This document shows, in pieces, positions 19,546 to 31,056 of a DNA stretch of 64,000 bases. The stretch is from an uncultured Bacillota bacterium (lineage in GTDB: Bacteria; Bacillota_I; Bacilli_A; RF39; UBA660): assembly GCA_947644695.1 (NCBI GenBank), contig CANSAJ010000005.1, forward strand, positions 2,306-66,305, given 5' to 3'. The position numbers and the translations under genes are program-made. The stretch's first letter is position 1. Every line of letters starts with the position of its first letter. The notes below the pieces were generated by a model. That model saw only the letters and a list, made by a program, of their open reading frames with translations. It was not told the DNA's origin and did not search any database.

Positions 19546-20365
19546 TATTAATCATCCCCAACTCAATAATAAGCTTGTCCAAAAATAAATTAACATTTAA
19601 ATTATATTCTAACATACTTTCTGCTTTTAATATAATAATTAATTTATTTATTAAACCTCTTTCAGTATTATTTTTAATTACATATATAATTAATTCATTA
19701 TATTTCTCAAAATAACATAGATCTTTTTTTATTAATTTATTAAAACAATCACGATAAAAATATTTAATTATACATATTATCTTACTAATAATTTCTTTAT
19801 CTTCTTTCTTATCTAGAAATTCTGTTAAATATGCGATTGCTTCAGTTTTGTATCGTTCAATACAATTAATAAGATTAACTGCTTTATCAATTACATTCTC
19901 GTCATACGAATCTAAAATAAAGTTTGAAGAACTATCAATAACTAAAACTTGAGTTCTCGATTTAATAGTTGGTAAAACTTTATTAATATTTGAAGAAATT
20001 AAAATCGCATAAATATTTTCTTCTGGTTCTTCTAAAAATTTAAGAAGCGAATTAGAAGCATAATCATTCATTTTTTCAACACCATCAATAATATAAACCC
20101 TATTAAGATGTGATTGGGATTTTACCTTTAATACTTCCTGTAAATTTAAAATTGATTCCTTTAAAATCTTACCATTTTCTGGTCTTACCAATACCACATC
20201 TACATTATCTTCAATATTTATTTTCTCCCTAAAAAAATAATCAGAAAGAACCAAAGTTAAATCCTCTTTCAGATTATCATAATTAGTATTACATAACAAA
20301 AATGCATGACTCATTCTATTCTTGTCATACAAATTTTTAAAATAATCTCCTAAAATAATATTCAT
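19538..20365 (-). CDS. holB: DNA polymerase III delta' subunit
   Basis: SHAFLL, SNSLLKFLEEP, LPTIKSR; synteny before yaaT. Confidence 0.9.
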   Translation of the reverse strand: MNIILGDYFKNLYDKNRMSHAFLLCNTNYDNLKEDLTLVLSDYFFREKINIEDNVDVVLVRPENGKILKESILNLQEVLKVKSQSHLNRVYIIDGVEKMNDYASNSLLKFLEEPEENIYAILISSNINKVLPTIKSRTQVLVIDSSSNFILDSYDENVIDKAVNLINCIERYKTEAIAYLTEFLDKKEDKEIISKIICIIKYFYRDCFNKLIKKDLCYFEKYNELIIYVIKNNTERGLINKLIIILKAESMLEYNLNVNLFLDKLIIELGMINNE

Positions 20366-20376
20366 TCAACCACATC

Positions 20377-20559
20377 CTACATGAAATTTTGTAAAACTAA
20401 TAAACCGAAAATACCAGGTAACCCTAAAAATGCAACAAAAATTATAGTTATAACATTTATAGGAACTAAAACACCTGCACTACTCACTATAACATCAAAT
20501 GCATATAACATACACAATGACATAACCAATCTTTTAATGATAAAGAAAATATATTGCAT
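20377..20559 (-). CDS. bofA: Pro-sigma-K processing inhibitor BofA
   Basis: VPINVITIIFVAFLGLPGI motif; follows recR as in Bacillus. Confidence 0.85.
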   Translation of the reverse strand: MQYIFFIIKRLVMSLCMLYAFDVIVSSAGVLVPINVITIIFVAFLGLPGIFGLLVLQNFM

Positions 20560-20598
20560 TAGTATTCCTCCAATAAAGAATACTAACTTTTTTAAAAT

Positions 20599-21198
20599 TT
20601 ATGATAAAAACTTTCTATCATCTATTGCTCTAATAATAGTAAGTGGATCTAAATATTCAATATCAGCACCCATTGGTATTCCATAAGATAATCTAGATAA
20701 TTTAATGTTTTTCTTCTCTAGAACTTTTTGAATATATAATGATGTCGTTTCACCTTCAAGTGAAGGATTTAAAGCAATTATCACTTCACTTAAATCATTA
20801 TTTATTCTATTATTTATTAAAGAATGTAAATTAATATCTTCTGGATTTACCTCATCAATCGGAGATATAAGTCCACCAAGTACATGATATACTCCATTAT
20901 ACTTTCCTGTCTTTTCAAACATAAAAACACTTTTAGAATCTTCAACTACACATATTAAAGATTTATCACGATTCTCTGAACTACAAATTGAACATACATC
21001 TTTATTAGTAATATGCCCACATACACTACATCTTTTTATATTTTTTTTAAAGTCTTGTAAATTTTTTGAAAAAGCATCTATTTTATCATTATCTAACTCA
21101 TCCACTGCATATACAAATCGTTCAGCAGATTTATCACCAATTCCAGGAAAATTTTTAAAGCTATCCATTAACTGCTGAAACTCTTCTGGATAAATCAT
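20599..21198 (-). CDS. recR: Recombination mediator RecR
   Basis: PGIGDKSAER, C4 zinc finger, YHVLGGLISP, EGETT. Confidence 0.98.
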   Translation of the reverse strand: MIYPEEFQQLMDSFKNFPGIGDKSAERFVYAVDELDNDKIDAFSKNLQDFKKNIKRCSVCGHITNKDVCSICSSENRDKSLICVVEDSKSVFMFEKTGKYNGVYHVLGGLISPIDEVNPEDINLHSLINNRINNDLSEVIIALNPSLEGETTSLYIQKVLEKKNIKLSRLSYGIPMGADIEYLDPLTIIRAIDDRKFLS

Positions 21199-21201
21199 TG
21201 T

Positions 21202-21495
21202 TTAAAATAAACCTCCGAGTCCATTAGTATATCTACCTAATTTTTCTTCTTTCATCTTTGCTAATTTTGAAAAAGCATCATTAACTGCAACCATTATCAT
21301 ATCTTCTAATAACTCTTTTTCATTTAAAACACTTGAATCTGTTATTTCTACTTTATTTATTAAAGAATTACCAGTAATAGTAACCTTTACAGCGCCACTA
21401 TTTCCTTCAAATGTACTATTCTCAATTTCTGTATTAGCTTTCTCTAATTCCTTTTGCACTTTTTGAGCTTGTGCCATTAAATTTTGCATATTCAT
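21202..21495 (-). CDS. ybaB: YbaB/EbfC nucleoid-associated protein
   Basis: NMQNLMAQAQKVQ, LEDMIMVAVNDA; between dnaX and recR. Confidence 0.95.
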   Translation of the reverse strand: MNMQNLMAQAQKVQKELEKANTEIENSTFEGNSGAVKVTITGNSLINKVEITDSSVLNEKELLEDMIMVAVNDAFSKLAKMKEEKLGRYTNGLGGLF

Positions 21496-21509
21496 ATTAT
21501 TAATCCCTC

Positions 21510-23189
21510 CTATTTAACACTAATTGCGTCTTCACCAAAAATATTTAATGCTGAGTTTTCTAATTCATCTAAACTATCACTCACTTCTAATGATACATCA
21601 TTTTCATCAATAAATACATATTTAATATTATTTTTTTTATTTAAAATAAATTCATTTCTTACTTCTGTCCATTCATTATCAGTAATTGCAACAACTTTAT
21701 ATTTATGATCAAAAACTTCGTTTAAAAATAATTCTATTTGTTTATAATTAAGATCAAATACACTTACATAAGATTCCTCTTTAAAAGTAAATAATAAATA
21801 ATCAGTTGATGCAACCACTACTTTTGCCTCAATTAATAAAGCAGAAATTGAATTATAGACCTTATTAGAAATATAATCATTAACCCTATCATAACAATTA
21901 TTAATCTTATTTAAAACGTCTTTATTTGCTCCCGCTAAGACATTATTAATTCTTATTTTTTTTATTTTATTATATCCTTCGTTATCATTTTCCTCTTTAG
22001 GATAATCTTCATTATCGGCTACATTAATTTCTTCAGATTCAGTTAAAACTTTTTGATTATCACTGTTAATAATTTCATCAGGTTGTTGAGAAAGGTGTTG
22101 GCAACTATTATTAGTAGAAAATTTAGTGTTAATAATTTCTGCCAAGTGCATAATATATATTTCAAACAAAACCTTCTGATCATTAGTATTTTTCATTTCT
22201 ATCAATAATTCATTCAATACTTTAGATATATTAATAATTGTATCAGAAGAAAATTCATATTTAGATAAACTATTTGAATATTCTTCAGGAAAATAATCCT
22301 TAACAGACAGATTAACAGAATAATCTCTTATAAATATAAGTAGATTATTAACTATATCATTATAATCTTTACCTTCTAAGCTTAATTTTTCTATTAAATC
22401 TAGTAATTTTGGATAATCAGAATTTACTAAATAATCTATTATTTCAAATATGATAGATTTAGAAATCTTACCACTCAATTTATCTACATCATCAATTGAT
22501 ATATTCTCATTTGACAAAGATAATGTTTGATCCAATAGATTAATCGCATCTCTAAGTCCTCCATCAGAAAGTAACGCTATATGTTCTAGAACATTATCAG
22601 GCAAAGATTTGTTTTCCTGTTCTAATATAAACTTTAATCTTAAAAATAATGCATCTTCACTTATTTTATTAAAATCAAATCTTTGACATCTAGACATAAT
22701 AGTGACAGGAATTTTATTAGGCTCAGTAGTTGCTAATACAAATATTACATGAGCTGGTGGCTCTTCTAAAGTTTTAAGCAATGCATTAAAAGCTCCTGTT
22801 GATAACATATGAACCTCATCAATTATATAAATTTTATACTTACAAAAACTTGGCAAAAGTTTAACATTATCTCTAATTGTACGTATCTCTTCCACACCAT
22901 TATTACTCGCTGCATCTATTTCTATAATATCAGTATCATTGCTCTCTAAAAATTTACAATTATCACACGCTGCACAAATATCCTCTTCAAAATTCAAACA
23001 ATTAACTGCATGAGCAAATATCTTCGCAATACTTGTTTTACCAGTACCTCTTGGACCAGCAAATAAATATGCATGAGAAATATGTTTGTATTTAATAGAA
23101 TTTTTTAAAACGTTAACTATTACATCCTGACCCACAACATTAGCAAAATTAGTTGGTCTATATTTTCTATATAAAGCTGTATATGACAT
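21510..23189 (-). CDS. dnaX: DNA polymerase III gamma/tau subunit
   Basis: ALYRKYRP, GPRGTGKTS, IIDEVHMLS, SRCQRF. Confidence 0.98.
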   Translation of the reverse strand: MSYTALYRKYRPTNFANVVGQDVIVNVLKNSIKYKHISHAYLFAGPRGTGKTSIAKIFAHAVNCLNFEEDICAACDNCKFLESNDTDIIEIDAASNNGVEEIRTIRDNVKLLPSFCKYKIYIIDEVHMLSTGAFNALLKTLEEPPAHVIFVLATTEPNKIPVTIMSRCQRFDFNKISEDALFLRLKFILEQENKSLPDNVLEHIALLSDGGLRDAINLLDQTLSLSNENISIDDVDKLSGKISKSIIFEIIDYLVNSDYPKLLDLIEKLSLEGKDYNDIVNNLLIFIRDYSVNLSVKDYFPEEYSNSLSKYEFSSDTIINISKVLNELLIEMKNTNDQKVLFEIYIMHLAEIINTKFSTNNSCQHLSQQPDEIINSDNQKVLTESEEINVADNEDYPKEENDNEGYNKIKKIRINNVLAGANKDVLNKINNCYDRVNDYISNKVYNSISALLIEAKVVVASTDYLLFTFKEESYVSVFDLNYKQIELFLNEVFDHKYKVVAITDNEWTEVRNEFILNKKNNIKYVFIDENDVSLEVSDSLDELENSALNIFGEDAISVK

Positions 23190-23284
23190 ATTTTACGTCT
23201 AAAAGACTTCACCTCCTAAATCAATCCTTTAAATATATTACATACTAAAATTATAACATCTTCTATTTAATAATTATACATAAC

Positions 23285-23692
23285 TTACCTTAATTTTTTA
23301 AAAAAATTTGTTAATAACTCAGAATGTTTTATACTACTATTATTATTTATTAATTCAAAATTTGTTTTAGAGTTAATAACTTTTTCTTTACTCACATAAT
23401 AGTAGACATTTTTAATACGAACTTCTTTAATTATCTCTCTACACATACTACAAGGTTCTAAAGTCACGTACATATCACAATCACTTAAACGCCAATCTTT
23501 TAATTTTTTAGTTGCCTTAATTATACAATTTATTTCAGCATGTGAAAGAGGATCTATTTTATTATGTCTCTTATTATAAGCCTTAGATATAATAACATTA
23601 TTTCTTACTATAATAGCCGCGACCGGAACTTCGTCATTCGTATACGCTTTTTTAGAAAGTTCATATAAAATCTTTTCATATTTTTCTTGCAT
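23285..23692 (-). CDS. tadA: tRNA adenosine deaminase
   Basis: EVPVAA, HAE, TLEPCSMC. True start is the ATG at 23692 (RBS GAGGTG); the longer ORF call overlaps the SRP RNA. Confidence 0.93.
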   Translation of the reverse strand: MQEKYEKILYELSKKAYTNDEVPVAAIIVRNNVIISKAYNKRHNKIDPLSHAEINCIIKATKKLKDWRLSDCDMYVTLEPCSMCREIIKEVRIKNVYYYVSKEKVINSKTNFELINNNSSIKHSELLTNFFKKLR

Positions 23693-23709
23693 ATAACACC
23701 TCAAAAAAA

Positions 23710-23781
23710 GCGCACACATATAGTTTAGTGTTAAGGCTGCTATTTTCCAATCCTGACCTGTTTCCACGCTATATGTTGCGC
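23710..23781 (-). ncRNA. ffs: Signal recognition particle RNA (small 4.5S type)
   Basis: GCGCAACATATAG...GGTCAGG-ATT-GGAA-AAT-AGCAGCC...CTATATGTGTGCGC: helix-8 motif with GGAA tetraloop, paired ends and T tail; beside tadA/dnaX. Confidence 0.93.
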
Positions 23782-23787
23782 AATGTA

Positions 23788-23815
23788 ATTATAACATATG
23801 AATTACATTTATCAA
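23788..23815 (-). promoter_or_regulatory. Sigma-A promoter of SRP RNA
   Basis: TTGATA-N16-TATAAT with extended TG. Confidence 0.7.
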
Positions 23816-23890
23816 TATTTTTTTTAGACTAATAATTATAATATTATCAAGATATGTATTCTTCACTATTTCATTAGGAATTAACAAATA

Positions 23891-24708
23891 TGTTCCACGT
23901 GAAACATAATTTCAAATAATTGAACATTGGTAAAAAAATAATTATCTACTATATATTAATTAAAATCAAACATATCTTAATATTTCAATTATTACATACT
24001 AAATTAATTATATAAAAATAATTTAATAATTAAAGCTATATGATAACTAATTCTTTTATTAGTCTATGTATACTAATCATTCTTATGTTTCACGTGAAAC
24101 ATAGAAAATATAATAACCTATATTAAATTAAGTTATATAAACACTAATTAATATACCTTTAATAAAATATTCTGATATATCTGAACTAATATGTTCCACG
24201 TGGAACATACTTTTAAATAATTAAATATTCATAAAAAATAAATAATCATTTAATATCTAAAAAAATTAAACAAAGCTATATATTCTAATCAAAATATTTA
24301 ATTATATATGGAAATTTAATAATTAATACTAGATATAAATGATATATATAAAATATAAATGTTTCACGTGAAACATAAAATTGTAATATAACTAAAATTA
24401 CTATTTATAAATATACATTGTAATTGTAAGTAAATTTTAAAAAATATCTTAATACTTTTAAACAAATACGTAGAACATTTAATAAAAATTAATCATCAAA
24501 GAAACACGCATATTTAAAAACACTAATAATTATTATTTTTAGTTAATTAATATCATGTAAAATTTAATGTTCCACGTGAAACTAAAAAAATATAAGAAGC
24601 TAAATGAAATAATGTAATATAAATAATAATAAATATATCCTTCTAATTATAAATAAATTTAGTAAAACATTCTGATATGTTTAAACAACTAACGTTCCAC
24701 GTGAAACA
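23891..24708. repeat. parS: parS centromere array (6 sites plus 1 relic)
   Basis: TGTT(C/T)CACGTG(A/G)AACA at 23891, 24086, 24192 and 24360; one-mismatch copies at 24568 and 24693; relic at ~24462. Confidence 0.95.
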
Positions 24709-24903
24709 TTAAATAAAAAAATGATCTATCAAATTAATTATTTACTTTATTTTTACTGATTATCTGTTTACAAGAAACTATGTCTGTTAATAGAAACTAA
24801 TAATTTCTCTTTATATTTAATTTTTTTTTAAATAAATATAACTTTTATCTGTATTTAAATATACTTCTTAATTTTAAATTATAAATAAAGCTTACAGACA
24901 AAA

Positions 24904-24928
24904 TAAAAAAGCGATAATTCGCTTTTTT
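24904..24928 (-). terminator. gyrA terminator
   Basis: AAAAAAGCGA-TAAT-TCGCTTTTTT. Confidence 0.8.
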
Positions 24929-24932
24929 AACA

Positions 24933-27413
24933 TTATTCTTCTATATTTTTCTCTTCAATCGTTTCTTCCTCTAAATTTTTGTTAATAACTGAAATTGATG
25001 CAACCTTATTTTCATCTTTTAAGTGGATAAGTCTTACTCCCTGTGTAACTCTTCCCATCATTGAGATATTTTCAATGCCCAATCTTATAATAATTCCATT
25101 ATTAGTGATTATCATTAAATCTTTATCATCTTCTACAGATTTAAATCCAACTATTTTACCATTCTTATCAGTTATATTAAGTGTTTTTACACCCTTGCTT
25201 CCACGTTTAGTTTCACGATATTCAGAAACCGCCGTTTTCTTACCATAACCTTTTTCTGTAACAACTAATACATTTTTATTTAGCGTTGTAACTTCTGTTC
25301 CTACACATATATCACTCGTTAAATTAATTCCTTTAACTCCTGCTGCTGTTCTTCCCATAACTCTTACTTCTTCTTCATTAAATCTAACCATTCGTCCTTC
25401 AGAAGAACACATTAACACATAATCTTCACCTGTAGATCTTTTTACAGAATTTAGCTCATCACCCTCTCTTAATGTAATAGCAACTTTTCCACTCTGTCTA
25501 ATATTTTCAAATTCAGAGATCATAGTTCTTTTAATAACACCATTTTTTGTTCCAAAGATTAGATATTTATAACTATTTTCTCTTTCTATTTTAACTACTG
25601 CATTTATAGTTTCATCTTTATCAATTTGAATTAGATTAACTAGTGGTAATCCCTTCGACGTTCTTGAAAATTCAGGGATTTCATAACCTTTTAGTCTATA
25701 AACTCGACCTTTATTACTAAAGAACAATAAGAAATCATGTGTGGATAAGTTTATAATTTGTTCTACAAAATCTTCATCATTAGTAGACATACCTTTTATT
25801 CCTACTCCACCTCTATTTTGAATCTTATAAGTATCAGTAGTCATTCTCTTAATATAGTTTTTATTAGTAATAGTAATAATTACATCTTCTTCTGGTATTA
25901 AAGATTCATCTTCAATAAATTCGATCGCTGTCATATCTATTTTAGTTCTTCTCTCATCTGCAAATTTATTTTTAATTTCTAACATTTCTTCTTTTATTAT
26001 ATTTAAAATCTTTTCTTCGCTTCCTAAAATTGACCTTAACTCATCTATAAGTTTAAGTAATTCTTCTAGCTCTGATTCTATTTTACTACGTTCTAAGCCA
26101 GTTAAACGTCTCAATTTCATTTCTAAAATACTATCAGTTTGAATTTCAGTTAAACCGAAACGCTCCATTAATGTTGCCTTAGCTACAACATCACTTTCAC
26201 TTTCTTTAATAATTTTAATAACTTCATCTATATTATCTAAAGCAATCTTATATCCCTCTAAAATATGAACTCGTCTTTCTGCTCTATCTAATTCAAATCT
26301 AGTTCTTCTAATAATTACTTCTTTTTGGAAATCAATATATTTTGAAATAATGTGTTTAAGTCCTAATAATCTTGGCTGATTTTGATCTAACATTAAGAAG
26401 TTAATTCCAAAAGTAGTTTGTAATGCTGTATGTTTGTAAAGATTGTTTAATACAACGTTTGCATTCGCTTCTTTCTTTAAAGTAACAACGATTTTAATAC
26501 CATTTTCAAGGTTAGTTTCCTCATGTAAATCAGCAATACCATCTATTACTTTATCTCTAACTAATTCTCCAATACGTTGCTGTAAATCACGTTTATTTGT
26601 TTGATATGGTAATTCTGTTATAATTAATTTACTTTTACCATTACTCTCATCAATTTCTACCTTACTTCTAATTGTAATAGAACCTTTTCCTGTTTCATAC
26701 GCTTTTACAATACCACTATTACCTAAAATTATAGCGCCAGTAGGAAAATCAGGACCTTTAATGTAATTCATTAATTCCAAAGTTGTTATATCTGGATTAT
26801 CTATATAAGCAACACATCCATCAATAACTTCACCCAAATTATGCGGAGGAATATTTGTTGCCATACCTACAGCTATTCCCATAGTTCCATTAACCAAAAT
26901 ATTAGGAAATCTACTAGGAATAACTTTAGGTTCTTTTCTAGTTGAGTCAAAATTATCTTCAAAATCAACAGTATTTTTATTTATATCACGTAAAAGTTCC
27001 ATTGATAACTTAGATAATCTAGCCTCTGTATAACGCATTGCAGCTGCCCCATCTCCATCCATTGATCCAAAGTTACCATGGCCATCTATTAAAGTATGTC
27101 TATAGCTAAAAGGTTGAGCCATTCTTACTAAAGATTCATAAATAGCTGAATCTCCATGTGGATGGTAATTACCCATTACTTCTCCTACTGTTTTAGCACT
27201 TTTTCTAAAAGGCTTATCAGGAGTATAACCACTCTCATACATAGAATATAAAATTCTTCTATGAACAGGCTTCAACCCATCTCTTAAATCAGGTAAAGCA
27301 CGTGCTACTATAACACTCATTGAATAATTCAAAAATGATTTATTCATCTCATCTACTATATTTGTATTTTGTAACTTATCAATATCTAAACTTTTTTCTA
27401 ATTCATTATCCAT
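24933..27413 (-). CDS. gyrA: DNA gyrase subunit A
   Basis: [18 protein letters not shown], GyrA-box QNRGGVG. Confidence 0.99.
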   Translation of the reverse strand: MDNELEKSLDIDKLQNTNIVDEMNKSFLNYSMSVIVARALPDLRDGLKPVHRRILYSMYESGYTPDKPFRKSAKTVGEVMGNYHPHGDSAIYESLVRMAQPFSYRHTLIDGHGNFGSMDGDGAAAMRYTEARLSKLSMELLRDINKNTVDFEDNFDSTRKEPKVIPSRFPNILVNGTMGIAVGMATNIPPHNLGEVIDGCVAYIDNPDITTLELMNYIKGPDFPTGAIILGNSGIVKAYETGKGSITIRSKVEIDESNGKSKLIITELPYQTNKRDLQQRIGELVRDKVIDGIADLHEETNLENGIKIVVTLKKEANANVVLNNLYKHTALQTTFGINFLMLDQNQPRLLGLKHIISKYIDFQKEVIIRRTRFELDRAERRVHILEGYKIALDNIDEVIKIIKESESDVVAKATLMERFGLTEIQTDSILEMKLRRLTGLERSKIESELEELLKLIDELRSILGSEEKILNIIKEEMLEIKNKFADERRTKIDMTAIEFIEDESLIPEEDVIITITNKNYIKRMTTDTYKIQNRGGVGIKGMSTNDEDFVEQIINLSTHDFLLFFSNKGRVYRLKGYEIPEFSRTSKGLPLVNLIQIDKDETINAVVKIERENSYKYLIFGTKNGVIKRTMISEFENIRQSGKVAITLREGDELNSVKRSTGEDYVLMCSSEGRMVRFNEEEVRVMGRTAAGVKGINLTSDICVGTEVTTLNKNVLVVTEKGYGKKTAVSEYRETKRGSKGVKTLNITDKNGKIVGFKSVEDDKDLMIITNNGIIIRLGIENISMMGRVTQGVRLIHLKDENKVASISVINKNLEEETIEEKNIEE

Positions 27414-27426
27414 AACCTACTACCTC

Positions 27427-29343
27427 CTACACATCCAAATCTATTGCATACTGCGCATTAGTCTCTATAAAATCACGTCTAGGTTCAACTTCTTCTCCCA
27501 TAAGTGTTTCAAAAACTTTATCCGCAAGCATAGCATCTTCTACAGTAATTTGTTTTAAAACTCTATTTTTAATACTCATTGTTGTTTCTCTTAATTCTTT
27601 AGCATCCATCTCTCCTAAACCTTTATTACGACTTATTTCATATTTAGCAGTTTCTGGCAAACTAGAAATATAATCATTTAACTCAGGTTCATCCAGACAC
27701 CATTTAATATTTTTCCCATGAACAACTTTATATAAAGGAGGCTGAGCAGCAAATACATGACCAGCTTCAACAACAGGTCTAAAGAATCTATAGAATAGAG
27801 TTAATAACAACGTTCTAATATGGTCTCCATCAACATCCGCATCGGTCATAATAACAATTTTATGGTATCTTAATTTAGTTAAATCAAACTCATCACCAAT
27901 TCCAGTTCCAAATGCTGTTATAATACTTCTTATTTCTTCATTACCAAGCGCCTTATCAAGACGAGCTTTTTCTACATTTAAAATTTTACCTCTAAGAGGA
28001 AGAATAGCTTGGGTCATATAATCTCTACCTTCTTTTGCACTTCCACCCGCAGAATCACCCTCGACTATAAAGATTTCGCTAACAGTAGGATCATTACTCT
28101 TACAATCAGTTAGTTTTCCCCATTTATTAGTTATTTCTAAGCCACCTTTTCTTCTTGTCATCTCTCTAGCCTTCTTAGCAGCCATACGTGCTCGAGAAGC
28201 CATCATGCTCTTTTCTATTATTAACTTAGCTTCGGCTGGATTCTCAAGTAAAAATTTTTCCAACTTTTCACCAAAAACACTACTAGCAATCTTTCTAACT
28301 TCAGCATTTCCTAACTTAGTCTTAGTCTGACCTTCAAATTGAGGATCTGGATGTTTACAACTTACTATCATTGCTAAACCTTCTTTAACATCATCAGCAG
28401 TTAAAGCATCTTCTTTAGTCTTTATAATATTGTTATTTCTTGCATAATTGTTAATAACTCTCGAAAGCGCTAATCTTACACCATCTTCATGAGTTCCACC
28501 TTCAACTGTATTAATATTATTTGTAAATGAATAAATATTTGAGCTGTACCCATCATTATATTGAAGAGCAACTTCTATCTCTATACCACTTTCTTCTCCT
28601 TCACAATAAATAACTGTATCATGAATAGGTTTCTTATTTTCATTAAGCATATGAACATACTCAATAATACCACCATTATAAAGAAACGCTTCACTCTTAT
28701 CTGGTTCTCTTAAATCTATTAACTTTATCTGAAGACCTTTATTTAAAAATGCAAGTTCTCTAGCTCTATGTTTCAAAGTATCATAATTATAAATTGTCGT
28801 TTCTTTAAAAATCTCAGGATCAGGCTTAAAAGTAACTGTCGTTCCTGTTCTATTAATATCACATTTATCTATTATTTCTAATTTACCTGCAGGTTTTCCT
28901 CCAGAAACAAATTTTTGATAATATACATTACCATTTTGATAAATTTTTACCTCTAAACTAGTACTAAGAGCATTTACGACACTAGCGCCCACACCATGTA
29001 AGCCACCACTTACTTTATAACCTCCTCCACCAAATTTTCCTCCAGCATGAAGTACTGTGAATATTGTTTCAACTGTACTAACACCTGTTTTTGGATGTAT
29101 TCCTGTAGGAATACCTCTACCATCATCTTTTACAGTTATAGATTCATCTTTATTTATAACAATTTCTATATCATCACAATATCCAGCTAATGCCTCGTCA
29201 ACGGCATTATCAACAATTTCCCATACTAAATGGTTAAGACCTCTTTCACTAGTACTTCCTATATACATTCCTGGTCTTTTTCTAACTGCTTCCAATCCCT
29301 CTAAAACTTGAATATCACTTTCATTATAATGTTCTTCTTTCAT
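27427..29343 (-). CDS. gyrB: DNA gyrase subunit B
   Basis: [36 protein letters not shown]. Confidence 0.99.
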   Translation of the reverse strand: MKEEHYNESDIQVLEGLEAVRKRPGMYIGSTSERGLNHLVWEIVDNAVDEALAGYCDDIEIVINKDESITVKDDGRGIPTGIHPKTGVSTVETIFTVLHAGGKFGGGGYKVSGGLHGVGASVVNALSTSLEVKIYQNGNVYYQKFVSGGKPAGKLEIIDKCDINRTGTTVTFKPDPEIFKETTIYNYDTLKHRARELAFLNKGLQIKLIDLREPDKSEAFLYNGGIIEYVHMLNENKKPIHDTVIYCEGEESGIEIEVALQYNDGYSSNIYSFTNNINTVEGGTHEDGVRLALSRVINNYARNNNIIKTKEDALTADDVKEGLAMIVSCKHPDPQFEGQTKTKLGNAEVRKIASSVFGEKLEKFLLENPAEAKLIIEKSMMASRARMAAKKAREMTRRKGGLEITNKWGKLTDCKSNDPTVSEIFIVEGDSAGGSAKEGRDYMTQAILPLRGKILNVEKARLDKALGNEEIRSIITAFGTGIGDEFDLTKLRYHKIVIMTDADVDGDHIRTLLLTLFYRFFRPVVEAGHVFAAQPPLYKVVHGKNIKWCLDEPELNDYISSLPETAKYEISRNKGLGEMDAKELRETTMSIKNRVLKQITVEDAMLADKVFETLMGEEVEPRRDFIETNAQYAIDLDV

Positions 29344-29346
29344 TAC

Positions 29347-30426
29347 TTAATCCCTCCTACTTAATTCAATCACATTTGCCCGTTTTACCATACTAGGCTT
29401 TATATTATTAATATCAGTTGTCGTAATAAACACCTGAATATTTTTATTTAAATTATTTAAAATACTATTTTGATTAATACTATCTAATTCACTAAATAAG
29501 TCATCCAAAAGTAATATTGGTTCTTCATAATAATCATTAACAAGAACCTCTAATTCACTTAACTTTAAAGATAAAAGAATTAACTTTTGAATCCCTTGTG
29601 AACTATATTCTTTAGCATTATTACTATTGTGGATAAATTCTATGTCATCTCTATGCACTCCTGTTTTAGTAAGACCTAACATAATCTCACTATTCCTATT
29701 CTTAACAAGCATTTTAAAAATCTCTTCATTATTCTTTTTCAAAAATTGACTATTATATCTAATATATATATCATCATCTTTTCTAAATTTTCTAAATATT
29801 TTTTTAATATACTTATTTAATTTTTGTACATATTCATCCCTAATTTTACATATTTCATAACCAAGGTCTGATATTTTCGAATCTAATACATCCAAATAAA
29901 CTAAATCCATATTAGAATTAATATATAATTTCTTCAAGTAATCATTTTTATTCTTTATTAACGTATTATAATCATTTAATAATTTAATATAAGATTTATT
30001 AATCTGAGATAAACAAATATTTAAATAATTCCTTCTAGTATTAGGAGACTCTTTAATTATTCTTAATTCATCAGGCGAAAATAAAATCACTTTATATTGA
30101 GATATAAAATCACTTATTTTCTTTTTTAAATTATTATTAATTTTTGTTTTCTTTCCTTTAAAAGATAAGGTAAAATCTAGTTTCTTTAACTTATCTCCAA
30201 TATCTAAGTCTATTTTAATCTTAACAAAGTCAGAATTATTTTTTAAAATTACATAATCATCATTGCTTTTAAACGTCCGCGCTAAACTACATACATAAAT
30301 ACTTTCTAAAACCGAAGTTTTTCCTATACCATTATCCCCTATAATAATATTTAAATCTTTCAAATTATCTAACTTAAGTTTTTCATAATTTCTAAAATTT
30401 GTTAATTCTAACTTCTTGACATACAT
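29347..30426 (-). CDS. recF: DNA replication/repair protein RecF
   Basis: NFRNY, GDNGIGKT, SQGIQK, LLLDDLFSELD. ATG at 30426 preferred. Confidence 0.96.
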   Translation of the reverse strand: MYVKKLELTNFRNYEKLKLDNLKDLNIIIGDNGIGKTSVLESIYVCSLARTFKSNDDYVILKNNSDFVKIKIDLDIGDKLKKLDFTLSFKGKKTKINNNLKKKISDFISQYKVILFSPDELRIIKESPNTRRNYLNICLSQINKSYIKLLNDYNTLIKNKNDYLKKLYINSNMDLVYLDVLDSKISDLGYEICKIRDEYVQKLNKYIKKIFRKFRKDDDIYIRYNSQFLKKNNEEIFKMLVKNRNSEIMLGLTKTGVHRDDIEFIHNSNNAKEYSSQGIQKLILLSLKLSELEVLVNDYYEEPILLLDDLFSELDSINQNSILNNLNKNIQVFITTTDINNIKPSMVKRANVIELSRRD

Positions 30427-30451
30427 TTTAAAACCTCTTTTACCCCACATA

Positions 30452-30492
30452 TTAAAAATAATAGGTATACAAGTACTCCTATACCTATTATT
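30452..30492 (-). terminator. Hairpin terminator after comK, overlapping an extended -10 (TGATATAAT, 30494-30502) for recF
   Basis: AATAATAGGTATA-N10-TATACCTATTATT followed by Ts. Confidence 0.6.
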
Positions 30493-30528
30493 CATTATAT
30501 CACAAATATGCCCACTTCACTAGATTTT

Positions 30529-30987
30529 TTACATTTTTCTATAGATTCTATCAGCTAAAACTGCACTAAGTCTAGATGCTTTTAAATACTGATTATTAAA
30601 ACTATAAAATGAAACAGGAACTTCCATGTTATATCCATTCCTAAATCTCACAACAGTAGCTCGTTTTTTGTTCTTACATGGATAAAAATCTATAATATTG
30701 TTATAACTTATCCACAATGTATCTTTTTTATATATAGATGATATAGGAAAAAATACTAACCTTGATGATTCCTCAATAACTATAGGTGTTTTATATTTAG
30801 ACTTAATAAATTTCTGACTGCCTTCTATCCTAGATCTATAACTAACCCCAAAATACTCACAGCTATGTTCAATGACTTTATAAGACGACTTATCTATATC
30901 ATAAGTTTGATCTTCTTCTACTATCTGGCATTGATAATCATCAATTGGAACTAATGCTAAAGTTTTTTCATTAACCTCGTAATTCAT
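30529..30987 (-). CDS. comK: ComK-family transcription factor
   Basis: YEVNEKTLALVP, IEHSCEYFGVSYRSRIEG, KYKTPIVI, VFFPISS, WISYNNI. Confidence 0.88.
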   Translation of the reverse strand: MNYEVNEKTLALVPIDDYQCQIVEEDQTYDIDKSSYKVIEHSCEYFGVSYRSRIEGSQKFIKSKYKTPIVIEESSRLVFFPISSIYKKDTLWISYNNIIDFYPCKNKKRATVVRFRNGYNMEVPVSFYSFNNQYLKASRLSAVLADRIYRKM

Positions 30988-31029
30988 ACTCTCCCTCCTT
31001 TCTTAGCTCGATATAATAACACACTTGTT

Positions 31030-31056
31030 TGTCGAATTTTGTCATATCCTGTCGAA
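31030..31056 (-). promoter_or_regulatory. Three tandem Spo0A (0A) boxes in the comK promoter
   Basis: TGTCGAA (31030), TGTCATA (31040), TGTCGAA (31050) at an exact 10 bp period; extended -10 TGTTATTAT at 31021-31013. Confidence 0.75.

Noticed and set aside
23693-23767. 25-residue N-terminal extension of TadA in the ORF track
   Set aside because: It overlaps the SRP RNA; the ATG at 23692 has its own RBS.
23891-24708. CRISPR array interpretation of the repeated palindrome
   Set aside because: The repeat is only 16 bp and equals the parS consensus; spacing is 100-200 bp and irregular; no cas genes.
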